From assembly GCA_963693055.1 (NCBI GenBank), contig OY843751.1, forward strand, positions 3,008,001-3,072,000: a DNA stretch of 64,000 nt. Direction: 5' to 3'. Source of the stretch: a bacterium. GTDB taxonomy: Bacteria > Zhuqueibacterota > Zhuqueibacteria > Residuimicrobiales > Krinioviventaceae. The number at the start of each line of letters is the position of its first letter. Within the stretch, counting starts at the first letter, position 1. The notes under the pieces were generated by a model that ran no database searches, was not told the origin of the DNA, and saw only the letters and a program-made list of their open reading frames with translations. Below, in pieces: positions 39,365 to 49,522 of this stretch. The translations under genes and the position numbers were made by a program.

Positions 39365-40153
39365 TCATAACGTATACATATCAGGATGACGGTCAGTGAA
39401 TAAATTATTGAGAGGATTTAATTGTTTATTTCGTGCTTTTTCAGGATCAATCTCAACTACCTGTACATCTTCTCTTGAATCAGATGAACGAACAAGAATC
39501 TCTCCCCTGGGACCCGTTATTTGACTCGTACCTGTAAAATCCACAGAAAGCTCACCCCTTACATCAGAACCAATTCGGTTTGCGGTTACTGCATATACGC
39601 TGTTTTCAAGACATCGAGTTACCATTGCATTCTGGCAATATGGCATAACAAGATTGGCACTGTGGCAAATCAGATCTGCTCCTTGCAGTGCTAATGACCG
39701 CATAGATTCCGGAAAAATCCAGTCAAAACAGATCATCATGCCGACTTTGATTTCACCTATATCTTGAACAGAAAATGGAATATCTCCCTGATCAAAACAA
39801 ATCTTTTCTTTATTAAAAAGATGTATTTTTCTATAAACAGAAATAAATCCATCCGGACCGGACAGAAAACTTGAATTATATACATTCTCACCAGACAGTT
39901 CAGGTAATCCGGCAGAGATATAGCATTGCTTTTGTTTTGCAAAGTTTGTCAAAGCTTTACATGTAGGGCCATCTGGAATTGGTTCAGCAAAACTTGCAGA
40001 TTCATCCCGATCTTTAAAAAGGTACCCCGTATTAAACAACTCGGGAAGCACATAAAGATCAGCATCTTTAGACTGCAACAGCTCTAGTGCATGGAGAACA
40101 TTTCGTTCTACCTGACCAAAATCACAATACATTTGAACAAAAGCTACACGCAT
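39365..40153 (-). CDS. Carbon-nitrogen hydrolase (nitrilase superfamily)
   Basis: Glu-Lys-Cys triad: LPELF, YRKIHL, MICFDW. Confidence 0.9.
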   Translation of the reverse strand: MRVAFVQMYCDFGQVERNVLHALELLQSKDADLYVLPELFNTGYLFKDRDESASFAEPIPDGPTCKALTNFAKQKQCYISAGLPELSGENVYNSSFLSGPDGFISVYRKIHLFNKEKICFDQGDIPFSVQDIGEIKVGMMICFDWIFPESMRSLALQGADLICHSANLVMPYCQNAMVTRCLENSVYAVTANRIGSDVRGELSVDFTGTSQITGPRGEILVRSSDSREDVQVVEIDPEKARNKQLNPLNNLFTDRHPDMYTL

Positions 40154-40164
40154 AAGTTCTATCC

Positions 40165-41064
40165 TTAATCCTGCACTACATTATTTGTCAAGAGCCCCAG
40201 TCCTTGAATTGTTGCTTCAATTCTGTCACCGGGTTCAATAGGTAATGTACCTTCCGGAGTTCCTGTACAAATAACGTCACCGGGTTCAAGGCTTATGTAT
40301 TGGGTAATATATTCTATCAATTCCGGTATTTTGAATACCATATCTTTGGTATTTGCTTTTTGTCGTATTTCACCGTTAACTCTGAGTTCAAGATCCAGAT
40401 TGTGGGGATCTTCAATCGCGTCAGCAGGTACCAGAAAAGGTCCCATAGGAAGGAATGTATCCATACCTTTTGGCAATGACCAGGGATGTCCTTTTTTAAT
40501 ACAATCACCCTGCATTGCACGAGCAGTAACATCATTGGCAATAGCATAACCAGCGACATATTCCATTGCTTTTTCTTGCTTAACATATTTAGCATGTTTG
40601 CCAATAACCACAGCTAATTCGATCTCATGATCAACACGTCCAATACCTTCTGGTATGCGAATATCTCCATCTACCGGCAGTAAACTGGATGGAAACTTGG
40701 AAAAAAACATGGGTTTCTCAGGCACTTTGGATTTCCACTCTTCTGCATGAGCAACATAATTTCTTCCCAGGCAAATAATTTTTGAAGGTCTTGAAATGGG
40801 TACATCAAAGCGAACATCACCTTTGATAACAAGATCATCAAGGGTACGAAATTGTTTTATTTCATCAAGTACTTCAGTTATAACACTGTTGGAAAAGTTT
40901 TCCATTTCAATCATGATCTGCAGGAAATAATAATCCGGGGTTTGCGGAGAACTTTTCAATTCTTTGAATATCTGCCAGATATAGGTAAAATCAAGACGTT
41001 TACCGTCAACCTCTACACCTATACGGGGCTGACCTTTTGTCGTAAGATATGAAAAGGCACGCAT
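40165..41064 (-). CDS. Fumarylacetoacetate hydrolase family protein
   Basis: KIICLGRNY, DHEIEL, NDVTAR, KGMDT, GDVICTGTP. Confidence 0.9.
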   Translation of the reverse strand: MRAFSYLTTKGQPRIGVEVDGKRLDFTYIWQIFKELKSSPQTPDYYFLQIMIEMENFSNSVITEVLDEIKQFRTLDDLVIKGDVRFDVPISRPSKIICLGRNYVAHAEEWKSKVPEKPMFFSKFPSSLLPVDGDIRIPEGIGRVDHEIELAVVIGKHAKYVKQEKAMEYVAGYAIANDVTARAMQGDCIKKGHPWSLPKGMDTFLPMGPFLVPADAIEDPHNLDLELRVNGEIRQKANTKDMVFKIPELIEYITQYISLEPGDVICTGTPEGTLPIEPGDRIEATIQGLGLLTNNVVQD

Positions 41065-41185
41065 GCAACAAATCCTCCGGTTTGATTTATCTAAAATAAT
41101 AATTAACTTGGGACTATTATATTAAAGTAACGTGTAAAAAACAAGTTAAATATAGGCAACGTTAACAAACATTCAGAATATTATT

Positions 41186-42802
41186 ATGAAAATCAGAATA
41201 CACCAACTCTTTTTAAAACTAGAGTATAAAGAAAGTGATATTTTAAAATTTGCAGCAAAAAAATTAAACTGCAAGCCTGAATCTTTATCAATCATCAGAG
41301 TGAACAAACGATCCATAGATGCACGCCCCAGACATCCCGAACCTTTGTACACTTTGTCTGTTGATGTTGAATTTACCGGAAACAATTTATCCGGTAAATT
41401 TAAACCAAACGAAGTTCAAATTCTATCAGAACCGGATAATCTTGTCTCAAATTTTTCACCGGTCAAAGCCCACAATCCATTCCCTCCAGTTGTTATTGGA
41501 GCAGGACCCGCAGGGCTCTATGCAGCTTTGGTTCTTGCCGAATCGGGATTAAACCCCATACTCATCGAGAGAGGGTCTGCCGTTTCGGAACGTTCAAATC
41601 ATGTTGAACAATTTTGGACAAAAGATATTCTCAACGTAGAAAGTAATGTCTTGTATGGAGAAGGAGGCGCCGGACTTTTTTCGGATGGCAAACTGACTGC
41701 CCGCAGTAAAGATAAACCCCGTATCCGATATCTGTTACAAACACTGGTAGAAAACGGAGCACCTAAAGACATTTTATTAGATTGGGAGCCTCACGTAGGT
41801 ACTGATCTGCTAGCCACTATAGTTCCCAGTATGCGTAATAAAATCATATCGCTTGGTGGTACCGTTAAATTCAATTCTCAATTAATTGATCTGGTAAAAA
41901 AAGATAAAAAGCTGGTTGCCGTACAACTCGAGAATGAAACCATTGAAACAAATCACTGTATTCTTGCAACCGGACATAGTGCACGGGATGTTTATGATAT
42001 GTTACATCAGGCAGGTGTTCCCTTACAGTCAAAGCCCATTGCAATTGGTGTGCGTGTTGAAGTTCCTCAAATACAGGTTAATCATGCACAATGGGGAAAA
42101 TTTGCAGAGCACCCCAAACTGGGTGCAGCAAGTTACCGGTTAACACGAAAGAGCCAACAGAACGCACGTGCCTGTTATAGCTTTTGCATGTGCCCCGGTG
42201 GAACGGTAATATCTTGTGCATCAACAGAGGGTGAATTTACAACAAATGGCATGAGTCATTCTACCAGAGGCGGAAACTTTGCAAATGCCGCATATCTGGT
42301 CCCTGTAAATCCTGACGATTATTTTAATGCAATAGATCCATCAGGACAGAATGTACTTGCCGGGTATCGCTATCAACAGGAGATTGAGAAAAAAGCATAT
42401 CTAGCCGGTGGTGGAAATTATCATATACCTGCCTCTACTTTGCCGGATTTTTTAAATAAAAGTCATCCTACCTCCATCCCCAATGAACGATCCTGGCATT
42501 TTGCTTTTCCAGCAAACCTATATGATATTTTACCTGAATTCATTACAAATACATTAAAGGTTCAAGTCCCTCAAATGCTCAAAGAATTAAACAGAGTTGA
42601 TCCTGGTGATGTATTAATCTATGCACCGGAAACGCGCAGTTCAAGTCCTATTCGTATAGAACGTAATGAAAATGGCGAATCTACAGGATTAACAGGATTG
42701 TTTCCGGCTGGTGAAGGTGCAGGTTATGCAGGAGGAATCGTTAGTTCTTCAATAGATGGTATCAAAGCGGCAGAAGCAGTTATTAAGTCAATTGTGACAT
42801 AA
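41186..42802 (+). CDS. FAD-dependent oxidoreductase (COG2509-like)
   Basis: GAGPAG, GEGGAGLFSDGKL, FCMCPGG, ETRSSSP, GEGAGYAGGI. Confidence 0.88.
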   Translation: MKIRIHQLFLKLEYKESDILKFAAKKLNCKPESLSIIRVNKRSIDARPRHPEPLYTLSVDVEFTGNNLSGKFKPNEVQILSEPDNLVSNFSPVKAHNPFPPVVIGAGPAGLYAALVLAESGLNPILIERGSAVSERSNHVEQFWTKDILNVESNVLYGEGGAGLFSDGKLTARSKDKPRIRYLLQTLVENGAPKDILLDWEPHVGTDLLATIVPSMRNKIISLGGTVKFNSQLIDLVKKDKKLVAVQLENETIETNHCILATGHSARDVYDMLHQAGVPLQSKPIAIGVRVEVPQIQVNHAQWGKFAEHPKLGAASYRLTRKSQQNARACYSFCMCPGGTVISCASTEGEFTTNGMSHSTRGGNFANAAYLVPVNPDDYFNAIDPSGQNVLAGYRYQQEIEKKAYLAGGGNYHIPASTLPDFLNKSHPTSIPNERSWHFAFPANLYDILPEFITNTLKVQVPQMLKELNRVDPGDVLIYAPETRSSSPIRIERNENGESTGLTGLFPAGEGAGYAGGIVSSSIDGIKAAEAVIKSIVT

Positions 42803-42837
42803 AAAAAGCCCGGCTCTCTCATTCCGGGCTTTTTTTT
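42801..42837. terminator. Bidirectional intrinsic terminator
   Basis: AAAAAAAGCCCGG-loop-CCGGGCTTTTTTT between convergent genes. Confidence 0.9.
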
Positions 42838-42865
42838 CATCATCTTTGGAGGAAGATGTTACATT

Positions 42866-43492
42866 TTATTTCATAAACTTTTTATAGCGTTCATTAATGC
42901 GTCCCCAATGCAAATTATCAAGAAAATTATCGATATATGTAGCACGTCCGGGACCATCTTTATGATAATATGCATGTTCAAACACATCCAGTGAAATCAA
43001 GGGAATACCACCCCAAATTGCACCATATTGATGTTCATCAACCAGAACATTTAACAGTCTCTTTGAGTAGAGTGAATCAAACACGAGTAATCCCCAGCCA
43101 CTCAACTTGGCAGAAAAAGCGGTTGCTTTAAAGTCTTCTTTCCACTTTTCAAAAGAACCAAACTCTTTTTCAATAGCAGCCAACACATCGGGACCTTTTG
43201 ATGGATCACCATCTCCACCCATTACTTCCCAATATACATCATGAAGCAATGCACCAGAGTGGTTCCAGGTCAGTCTTCTTTTCAGTTCACCAATTTCGCT
43301 GTAATTGCCATTGGCTTTTGAGCGGTCTGAAGATTCCAAACCTTTTTCAATTGTATTAAGCGCTGCTACATAACCTTTATGGTGTTTATTATAATGCCAG
43401 TCCGAAGTTTCCGGACTAACAACATTCGACAACAATGTTTTAGCTTCTTCATCGCTATAAGGGCGATTTCCAATTTTCCATTCGTATGACAT
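42866..43492 (-). CDS. Fe/Mn superoxide dismutase
   Basis: HYNKHHKGY, LHDVYW, SGWGLL, DVFEHAYY; likely start MSYEWK at 43492 (TAAGGAG RBS) rather than the track's 43624. Confidence 0.92.
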   Translation of the reverse strand: MSYEWKIGNRPYSDEEAKTLLSNVVSPETSDWHYNKHHKGYVAALNTIEKGLESSDRSKANGNYSEIGELKRRLTWNHSGALLHDVYWEVMGGDGDPSKGPDVLAAIEKEFGSFEKWKEDFKATAFSAKLSGWGLLVFDSLYSKRLLNVLVDEHQYGAIWGGIPLISLDVFEHAYYHKDGPGRATYIDNFLDNLHWGRINERYKKFMK

Positions 43493-43634
43493 GATGTTCT
43501 CCTTAATGTTGTTCTTTATCCTTTCAAGCAAGGATGTATACAACAGAACCCTATTACCGGTTATTCCAAATTTTTTAAAAATGATAAATATTATGATATT
43601 CATTAAAGAGGCAGAATGGGCCAAGAATTCATGC

Positions 43635-43663
43635 TTGCAATTTTTAATTAAAAGTCGTATTGT
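43635..43663 (+). promoter_or_regulatory. sigma70-like promoter for the TPR-TonB operon
   Basis: TTGCAA-N17-TATTGT. Confidence 0.45.
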
Positions 43664-43777
43664 TTGGAATGTATTTTATAAAATGTAAAACAACGTAATG
43701 AATGCAAAAACAATGGAACCAGCACTCTTTTAATATCGTCTATTAATATAATAATCAATTATTTATCCGGGAAGAGA

Positions 43778-46700
43778 ATGATAAAAAAACTTTTTCTATT
43801 TCTGATCCTGTTTAATTCGGTTTATCTATTTGCACAAACAACCGGTTCACAGGCCGATAATGACTTTTATGTTGCTAAAGGAATGTATAACGATCAGTTA
43901 TATGATCTGGCAGCATCTCAATTTCGGGAATTCCTCAGTAAACATGGAGACAATTCTTTGGCTGAGGAAGCACAATTCCTGCTTGGAGAATGCTATTATC
44001 AAAGTGGAGATTATTCACGTGCTGTAACGGAATATAAAAAATTATTATCCGATTACCCGGCTATTGGTTTCAGGGACAAAGCCTATTATCGTATTGGAGA
44101 AACCATGGTTAATTCAGGCCAATATGAAGAAGGTATAAAAGCATTTCAAATCTTTTTGTCACAATACCCCAAAAGTACTTTGTTGACAGATGCGTATTAC
44201 TGGTATGCCGAAGCATTATATCATACCGGAAATAACACCAAAGCACTTGAATATTATGCGCGTGTCTATAATATGGACAAATCCGGTCCCCTGGCTGATT
44301 ACTCTTTTTATTCTGCTGCATTTATTTATGAAGAAATGAAAAAATGGGACCAGGCTCTTAAAGCTTATCAACTTTTGTTAAAAAATCACCCGTCAAGTCC
44401 GCTTGTACCACAAACCACCTATCGGATGGGTTTGGTCTATTTTGGTAAAAGCGAGTATGATACAAGTATAAAAATCCTGAATAAAGCGATCAAGAATTAT
44501 CCCCAAAACGATATGCGTTTTGAAGCCCAATATTTTATTGGAGAATCATATTTCAAGCTTGAACAATATGTAAAAGCGCTTGAAGCCTATAATTTGGTTG
44601 CTGTTGTTCCTGACAACAGTTATGCCGATGATGCGCATTACAGTATGGGATGGGCATATTTTAAGATTAACCAATTTGAAAATGCAGCACTCTCTTTCTC
44701 CCAAGCGGCTGAGATCAGTAATTCCAAAGGAATCATTTCATCATCATGGTTTCAGGCTGGCAGAAATCGCTTAAAACTGGGGCAAACAGATCAGGCATCA
44801 CAACTTTTTAAAAGAGTCATTCTGAACCACCCGGATTCCAAAGATGCACCCAACGCTATGTATGAACTGGGTTCTATCGATTTTGATGCCAAACAAATTG
44901 CAGGCGCAAAACAATATTTTCAGGATATTGTAGACAAATATCCGGATTCTTCTATAGCAGGTCAGGCCTCCCTTATGATTGGAGAATGTTACCTTTTGGA
45001 TAATGATCCAGAAACAGCTTTAAAGGCATTTCAAACAACGGAAACCTCATACCAATCTGCTTTTATTCAGGCAAATGCATTATTCAAGATGGGTAAACTT
45101 TATTATAATACCGGTGATTATAGCAAAGCGCTTGAATATTTTAACAAAGTAAATGATAAATATTCAAATCAACTGGTGCATAGTGAATCCATGTTTTGGT
45201 TTGCGGAGACATTGTTTAAAACAAATGATTTCAAACAGGCATTAGCAGCTTATGATAAATTTATAAAATATTATCCCAATTCTCCCAAACTTGCAGAAGC
45301 ATGGTATGGGCTGGGTTATGCTGCAATTAAAACAGACAACTTTCAACAGGCTGAAAATGCGTTCAAAACCGCAAACAAACTTGCAGACAATCCATCTTTA
45401 AAAATTGATGCATTATTGAGAATGGGAGATGCAATTTTTAACACCAAAGAATATATCCGAGCCATTACCTATTATGAAAAAGCGTTAAATACAGATGCAT
45501 CTCATTCTCAAAAAGCAGAAGCTAATTTTCAAATTGGTTATTGTTATTACCGTAATACCAATTTCCATGTTGCAAAAAAATCATTTACCACTGTAACACA
45601 AGAATTTGGTGATACACAATATGCAGCAGAAGCGCAATATATGATTGGCAGATGTTCATTTCGTACCAATGATTTTCCTGAAGCCATAGCAGAATTCAAC
45701 TCTCTGTTGAGTAAATATCCCAAGAGCTCTTTTGCTGATGACGCAACTTATGCTATTGGAGACTGCTATTATAACCAGGGTGACTATGATAACGCAATAC
45801 AACAATACCGCAAATTGCTAGATACTTTTCCCAAAAGTGAATATGTGTCGGATGCTGTAAATGGCGTACAATGGTCAATGATGCAAAAAGGTGAATCTGA
45901 TGATGCCATGAATATGGTTGATGATCTTTTACCCAAAATAGACGATCCCAATGTTGCTGCCAAAGTGTTGATACGTAAAGCTGAATTTGCAGAAAACATG
46001 CAGCAGTATGATCAGGCAATTGCACAATATCAGCTTGTTTTAAGAGATTACCCCACCTCGGAAGCTGCTAAAAGTATGTATTATCATATTGGCAAAGTTT
46101 ATAATAAATTCAAAGACCCGGAAACCGCTGTTACAACTTTACAAAAGCAATGGGTACAATTTCCAGATACCAAAGCCGCGGCAGAAGCATTACTATTGGC
46201 AGCATTGATACATCAACGTCAAGGTAATCATGATGCTGCTATAGAAACTTTTGATAAATTCATCGGCAATTTCCCCGATCATGACAAGCTTGCAGAAGCA
46301 AATTATCTGGCTGGTAACTCATGGTACAGCAAAAACAACATGGAAATGGCCATCAAGTATTATCAAAATGCTATTACAATTAATAACAATGCAAGAACAA
46401 CAAACCAGGCAAATATCGGACTTGCCAGAATTTATATCAAAACCGGCAAAACCGAACCGGCTGAAAGTATTTTACACAGTCTCACCAGCCAAACAACAAT
46501 CGATGCAGATCTTGCGGCTGAAGCACATTATCTCATTGGTGAGGTTTACAAGGCACGTGAGGAATATCAAAATGCAGTAGTTGCATTCTTGAAAATAAAA
46601 TATATATTTACAACGGAAACGGATTGGGTTGTTCGGGGTATATACCAGGCTGCATTATGTAATGAAGAATTAAAAAAATATGACGAGTCTAGACGTCTCT

Positions 46701-46786
46701 ACAATTCAATCATTCGGGAATACCCCAATCAAACGGAATATCAGGAATACGCAAAGAACAGGTTGCAGCAATTGGCAGGGAAATAA
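43778..46786 (+). CDS. Large exported TPR protein (CpoB/BamD-like repeats, 1002 aa)
   Basis: Signal peptide then continuous A.Y..G..Y.....Y..A...F..L...YP.S repeats. Confidence 0.85.
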   Translation: MIKKLFLFLILFNSVYLFAQTTGSQADNDFYVAKGMYNDQLYDLAASQFREFLSKHGDNSLAEEAQFLLGECYYQSGDYSRAVTEYKKLLSDYPAIGFRDKAYYRIGETMVNSGQYEEGIKAFQIFLSQYPKSTLLTDAYYWYAEALYHTGNNTKALEYYARVYNMDKSGPLADYSFYSAAFIYEEMKKWDQALKAYQLLLKNHPSSPLVPQTTYRMGLVYFGKSEYDTSIKILNKAIKNYPQNDMRFEAQYFIGESYFKLEQYVKALEAYNLVAVVPDNSYADDAHYSMGWAYFKINQFENAALSFSQAAEISNSKGIISSSWFQAGRNRLKLGQTDQASQLFKRVILNHPDSKDAPNAMYELGSIDFDAKQIAGAKQYFQDIVDKYPDSSIAGQASLMIGECYLLDNDPETALKAFQTTETSYQSAFIQANALFKMGKLYYNTGDYSKALEYFNKVNDKYSNQLVHSESMFWFAETLFKTNDFKQALAAYDKFIKYYPNSPKLAEAWYGLGYAAIKTDNFQQAENAFKTANKLADNPSLKIDALLRMGDAIFNTKEYIRAITYYEKALNTDASHSQKAEANFQIGYCYYRNTNFHVAKKSFTTVTQEFGDTQYAAEAQYMIGRCSFRTNDFPEAIAEFNSLLSKYPKSSFADDATYAIGDCYYNQGDYDNAIQQYRKLLDTFPKSEYVSDAVNGVQWSMMQKGESDDAMNMVDDLLPKIDDPNVAAKVLIRKAEFAENMQQYDQAIAQYQLVLRDYPTSEAAKSMYYHIGKVYNKFKDPETAVTTLQKQWVQFPDTKAAAEALLLAALIHQRQGNHDAAIETFDKFIGNFPDHDKLAEANYLAGNSWYSKNNMEMAIKYYQNAITINNNARTTNQANIGLARIYIKTGKTEPAESILHSLTSQTTIDADLAAEAHYLIGEVYKAREEYQNAVVAFLKIKYIFTTETDWVVRGIYQAALCNEELKKYDESRRLYNSIIREYPNQTEYQEYAKNRLQQLAGK

Positions 46787-48471
46787 TGAAAACGAAAATA
46801 CTTTTATCCTTATTATTAATCGTTCCGGGGTTGCTGTTTGCTCAAAAAGTGGTTGCTCCCCCCTCTCGTATTACATTGCCATCGGATACGACACGTGTGG
46901 TACCGTCTTCATCCAAGGTTAACAGTCAAGATTCAACCTTGACTGTTCCCGAAGTACTTATTTATGGAAAAGATAAAACCACCAGAAATGTTAATGATAA
47001 AATCGATTTTAACCGGGAAACGCCAACGCTTTACAAACCTCAGCTTGAGCATGATCCTGTTAACAATATGATTACAAGTACACAAAACAAGCCTGAATAT
47101 GAAAGAACCTCAAATACAATGCAGCGTATGTCTTGGGCTGACTTGACAGGTGGTGGCTTTTCAACAGTAATTGCAAATGCCGGTTACTGGCAACGTATCA
47201 AAAAAGGGGATTTCAGAGTCAATGGAAATATTGATCGCAGCAGCGGTCAATATGATAACAGTGATTACACAATGGCAGGTCTTTCTGGTAATTTACATTA
47301 TATCTTCAACAAATCAAAAACTACTTCGTTCGCGGAATTGAATTCAAAAGATTTGGGTATGTTTAACTATCTTGGCAAACCACATATAAAACGCAACATC
47401 ACCAACCTGTATGCCGGTACAGAATGGTATTTAAACGTTAGTAAACTAGCGGACAGCAAGATTGGTTTTTATTTCAACAATTTATCAATAACAGATGATT
47501 CCAGCGCAACCGTTAATACCAGAGATCAGTTTACCTATAAACTATTCGGTGAATATAATCAACAATTTAAATATGCCATGGTCAAAGGTTTTGGTAATTT
47601 TGAAAGAGATTCTGATGATCTGGATAGAGTAAGCAATCATTCACATTTTGGCGAGTTAGGAGCAGAATTCAGTGGAAATCCTATAAGCACAGTAATGTTG
47701 TCAGCAGGATTAAAATACCAGTCTTTTAACTCTAACTTTTTAACATCTATTGACAAGGCTGCCCCCTTTGCCAAAGTTAATTTAATGCCGGTTAAAAACA
47801 TGGGCGTTACGTTACTGTACCAGAGTGGATTAGAATATACTCCTTTTACTGAATGGCTTTCTCAAAATCCATATGTGGTTTCCGGAATTGCAAGTACAGC
47901 CAATGAATTGAAATATAGATTACAATTTGATGTACAATATGAGCCCAAAGAAGGAATGCATCTGTTCTCAACCATTGATTATAAAGGATATGATCAATAT
48001 ATTTACTGGAACAGTCCCGATACTACAATGAATCCCATATCATTGAATAATCTGAACGATATGGATTTGCTATCTTTTAGTTTGGGTGGAAAATTTAATC
48101 TTTCTGAACGTTCAAGATTACAAATTGGGTTTACGAAATATCTGCCCAGTCTGAACGATACTACCGGATTTGTTCATAAAAATGTACCCTATATACCTGA
48201 ATATATGGTTCCTGTTAAGCTTATAATTGAACCTCTGAAAGGTACAACTATTTCTGTTGATGCTGAAATAATAGGTAAAAAATATATTGCTTCCAATCTG
48301 GATGAAACATTATCCGGTTATACTGTGTTTAATATTTCCGTGCAGCAATCATTTGGAAAAATATCTGCACATGTTAAATTACAAAATCTATTTGATTCTG
48401 AATTTAGTTATTGGTATAATTATCCACAAAAAGGTGTTCATTTGTTGGCAGGTATTAGCGCCAGATTCTAA
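46786..48471 (+). CDS. TonB-dependent-receptor-like outer membrane barrel (short N-terminal region)
   Basis: Signal peptide, TonB-box-like VPEVLIYG, TBDT C-terminal signature LQNLFD..F..W..YP..G.....GISARF. Confidence 0.7.
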   Translation: MKTKILLSLLLIVPGLLFAQKVVAPPSRITLPSDTTRVVPSSSKVNSQDSTLTVPEVLIYGKDKTTRNVNDKIDFNRETPTLYKPQLEHDPVNNMITSTQNKPEYERTSNTMQRMSWADLTGGGFSTVIANAGYWQRIKKGDFRVNGNIDRSSGQYDNSDYTMAGLSGNLHYIFNKSKTTSFAELNSKDLGMFNYLGKPHIKRNITNLYAGTEWYLNVSKLADSKIGFYFNNLSITDDSSATVNTRDQFTYKLFGEYNQQFKYAMVKGFGNFERDSDDLDRVSNHSHFGELGAEFSGNPISTVMLSAGLKYQSFNSNFLTSIDKAAPFAKVNLMPVKNMGVTLLYQSGLEYTPFTEWLSQNPYVVSGIASTANELKYRLQFDVQYEPKEGMHLFSTIDYKGYDQYIYWNSPDTTMNPISLNNLNDMDLLSFSLGGKFNLSERSRLQIGFTKYLPSLNDTTGFVHKNVPYIPEYMVPVKLIIEPLKGTTISVDAEIIGKKYIASNLDETLSGYTVFNISVQQSFGKISAHVKLQNLFDSEFSYWYNYPQKGVHLLAGISARF

Positions 48472-48497
48472 ACAAACAGAAACAAGGAGTCACAATA

Positions 48498-49139
48498 ATG
48501 TCCATGATTGAAATCATCCTCAAGGGCGGTGTAATGATGATCCCCCTGGCCCTTTGCTCGGTAGTTGCACTTGCAATATTGATTGAACGGCTGGTATCTT
48601 TGAGAAAAATACAAATCAATGCCCGTACGTTTGTATTACAAGTCAAAAATCTGCTTCTTAGAAACCGAATTGATGAAGCAGTAGTTATGTGCAAAGAAAC
48701 ACCAGGCCCCATTGCTAAAATCACGCATGCAGGTTTGATGAAGCATGACCGTCCGCGCGAAGAAATCAAAGATTCCATTGAAGGCGCAGCCAAAGTCCAA
48801 ATTTATCATCTTGAACGTAATTTGGGTGTATTGGGAACTATAGCAGCTATTGCACCCTTGATCGGATTTTTGGGTACGGTTACAGGTATGATCAAAGCTT
48901 TTATGCAAGTTCAAACACTTGGCGGTAGTGTAGATGCAAGTGTATTGGCTGGCGGTATATGGGAAGCATTAATTACTACAGCAGCTGGTCTTAGTGTTGG
49001 TATTCCCGCATTGATTTTTTACAACTGGTTATTAAGCAAAGTTGAACGTCACGTATTTGATATGCAGGAAAGCTCAAACGAACTTATGGATGTATTCCTG
49101 GAAAAGGAGATTCAGAATGAACATCGAAACATCGCGTAA
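48498..49139 (+). CDS. exbB: MotA/TolQ/ExbB proton channel
   Basis: GTIAAIAPLIGFLGTVTGMI, GIWEALITTAAGL. Confidence 0.9.
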   Translation: MSMIEIILKGGVMMIPLALCSVVALAILIERLVSLRKIQINARTFVLQVKNLLLRNRIDEAVVMCKETPGPIAKITHAGLMKHDRPREEIKDSIEGAAKVQIYHLERNLGVLGTIAAIAPLIGFLGTVTGMIKAFMQVQTLGGSVDASVLAGGIWEALITTAAGLSVGIPALIFYNWLLSKVERHVFDMQESSNELMDVFLEKEIQNEHRNIA

Positions 49140-49518
49140 ACGGATGGTAATGTTTTCCACCATCTCTTTGACCGATATTGTTCTGCTGTTACTAATCTTT
49201 TTTCTGCTGACTTCATCCTTTGTGGTTCAGCCGGGAATCAAAGTCAAATTGCCTAATGCAGCAAGTGGTCAGCAGGATGATTCGGATAAAATCTATGTCA
49301 CCATTACTTTGGACAACCAGATATTTTTGAACCAGAGACAGGTTTCCATCACCCAACTCGCGCAGCAAATGGGTCAAATGTTGAATGAAAATCCGCAAAA
49401 AATGGTTGTGATTAAAGCAGACAAAGACCTGTCACTTGAAAGAACAATCCGTATCGTAGATACTGCAAAGCTCGCCGGTGCTGAACGGTTTATGATTGCA
49501 ACTGAACCAGGATTATAA
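49117..49518 (+). CDS. exbD: ExbD/TolR biopolymer transport protein
   Basis: SLTDIVLLLLIFFLL with conserved Asp, KVKLP, IKADK; start MNIETS after AAGGAG. Confidence 0.9.
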   Translation: MNIETSRKRMVMFSTISLTDIVLLLLIFFLLTSSFVVQPGIKVKLPNAASGQQDDSDKIYVTITLDNQIFLNQRQVSITQLAQQMGQMLNENPQKMVVIKADKDLSLERTIRIVDTAKLAGAERFMIATEPGL

Positions 49519-49522
49519 TTTT

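Noticed and set aside
43493-43624. Apparent N-terminal extension of SOD in the ORF track
   Set aside because: A strong RBS precedes the ATG at 43492, and the extension is AT-rich intergenic sequence.
43778-46786. Periodic sequence suggesting a repeat element or defence TPR
   Set aside because: Ordinary TPR coding repeats with a signal peptide and no nuclease or NTPase domain.
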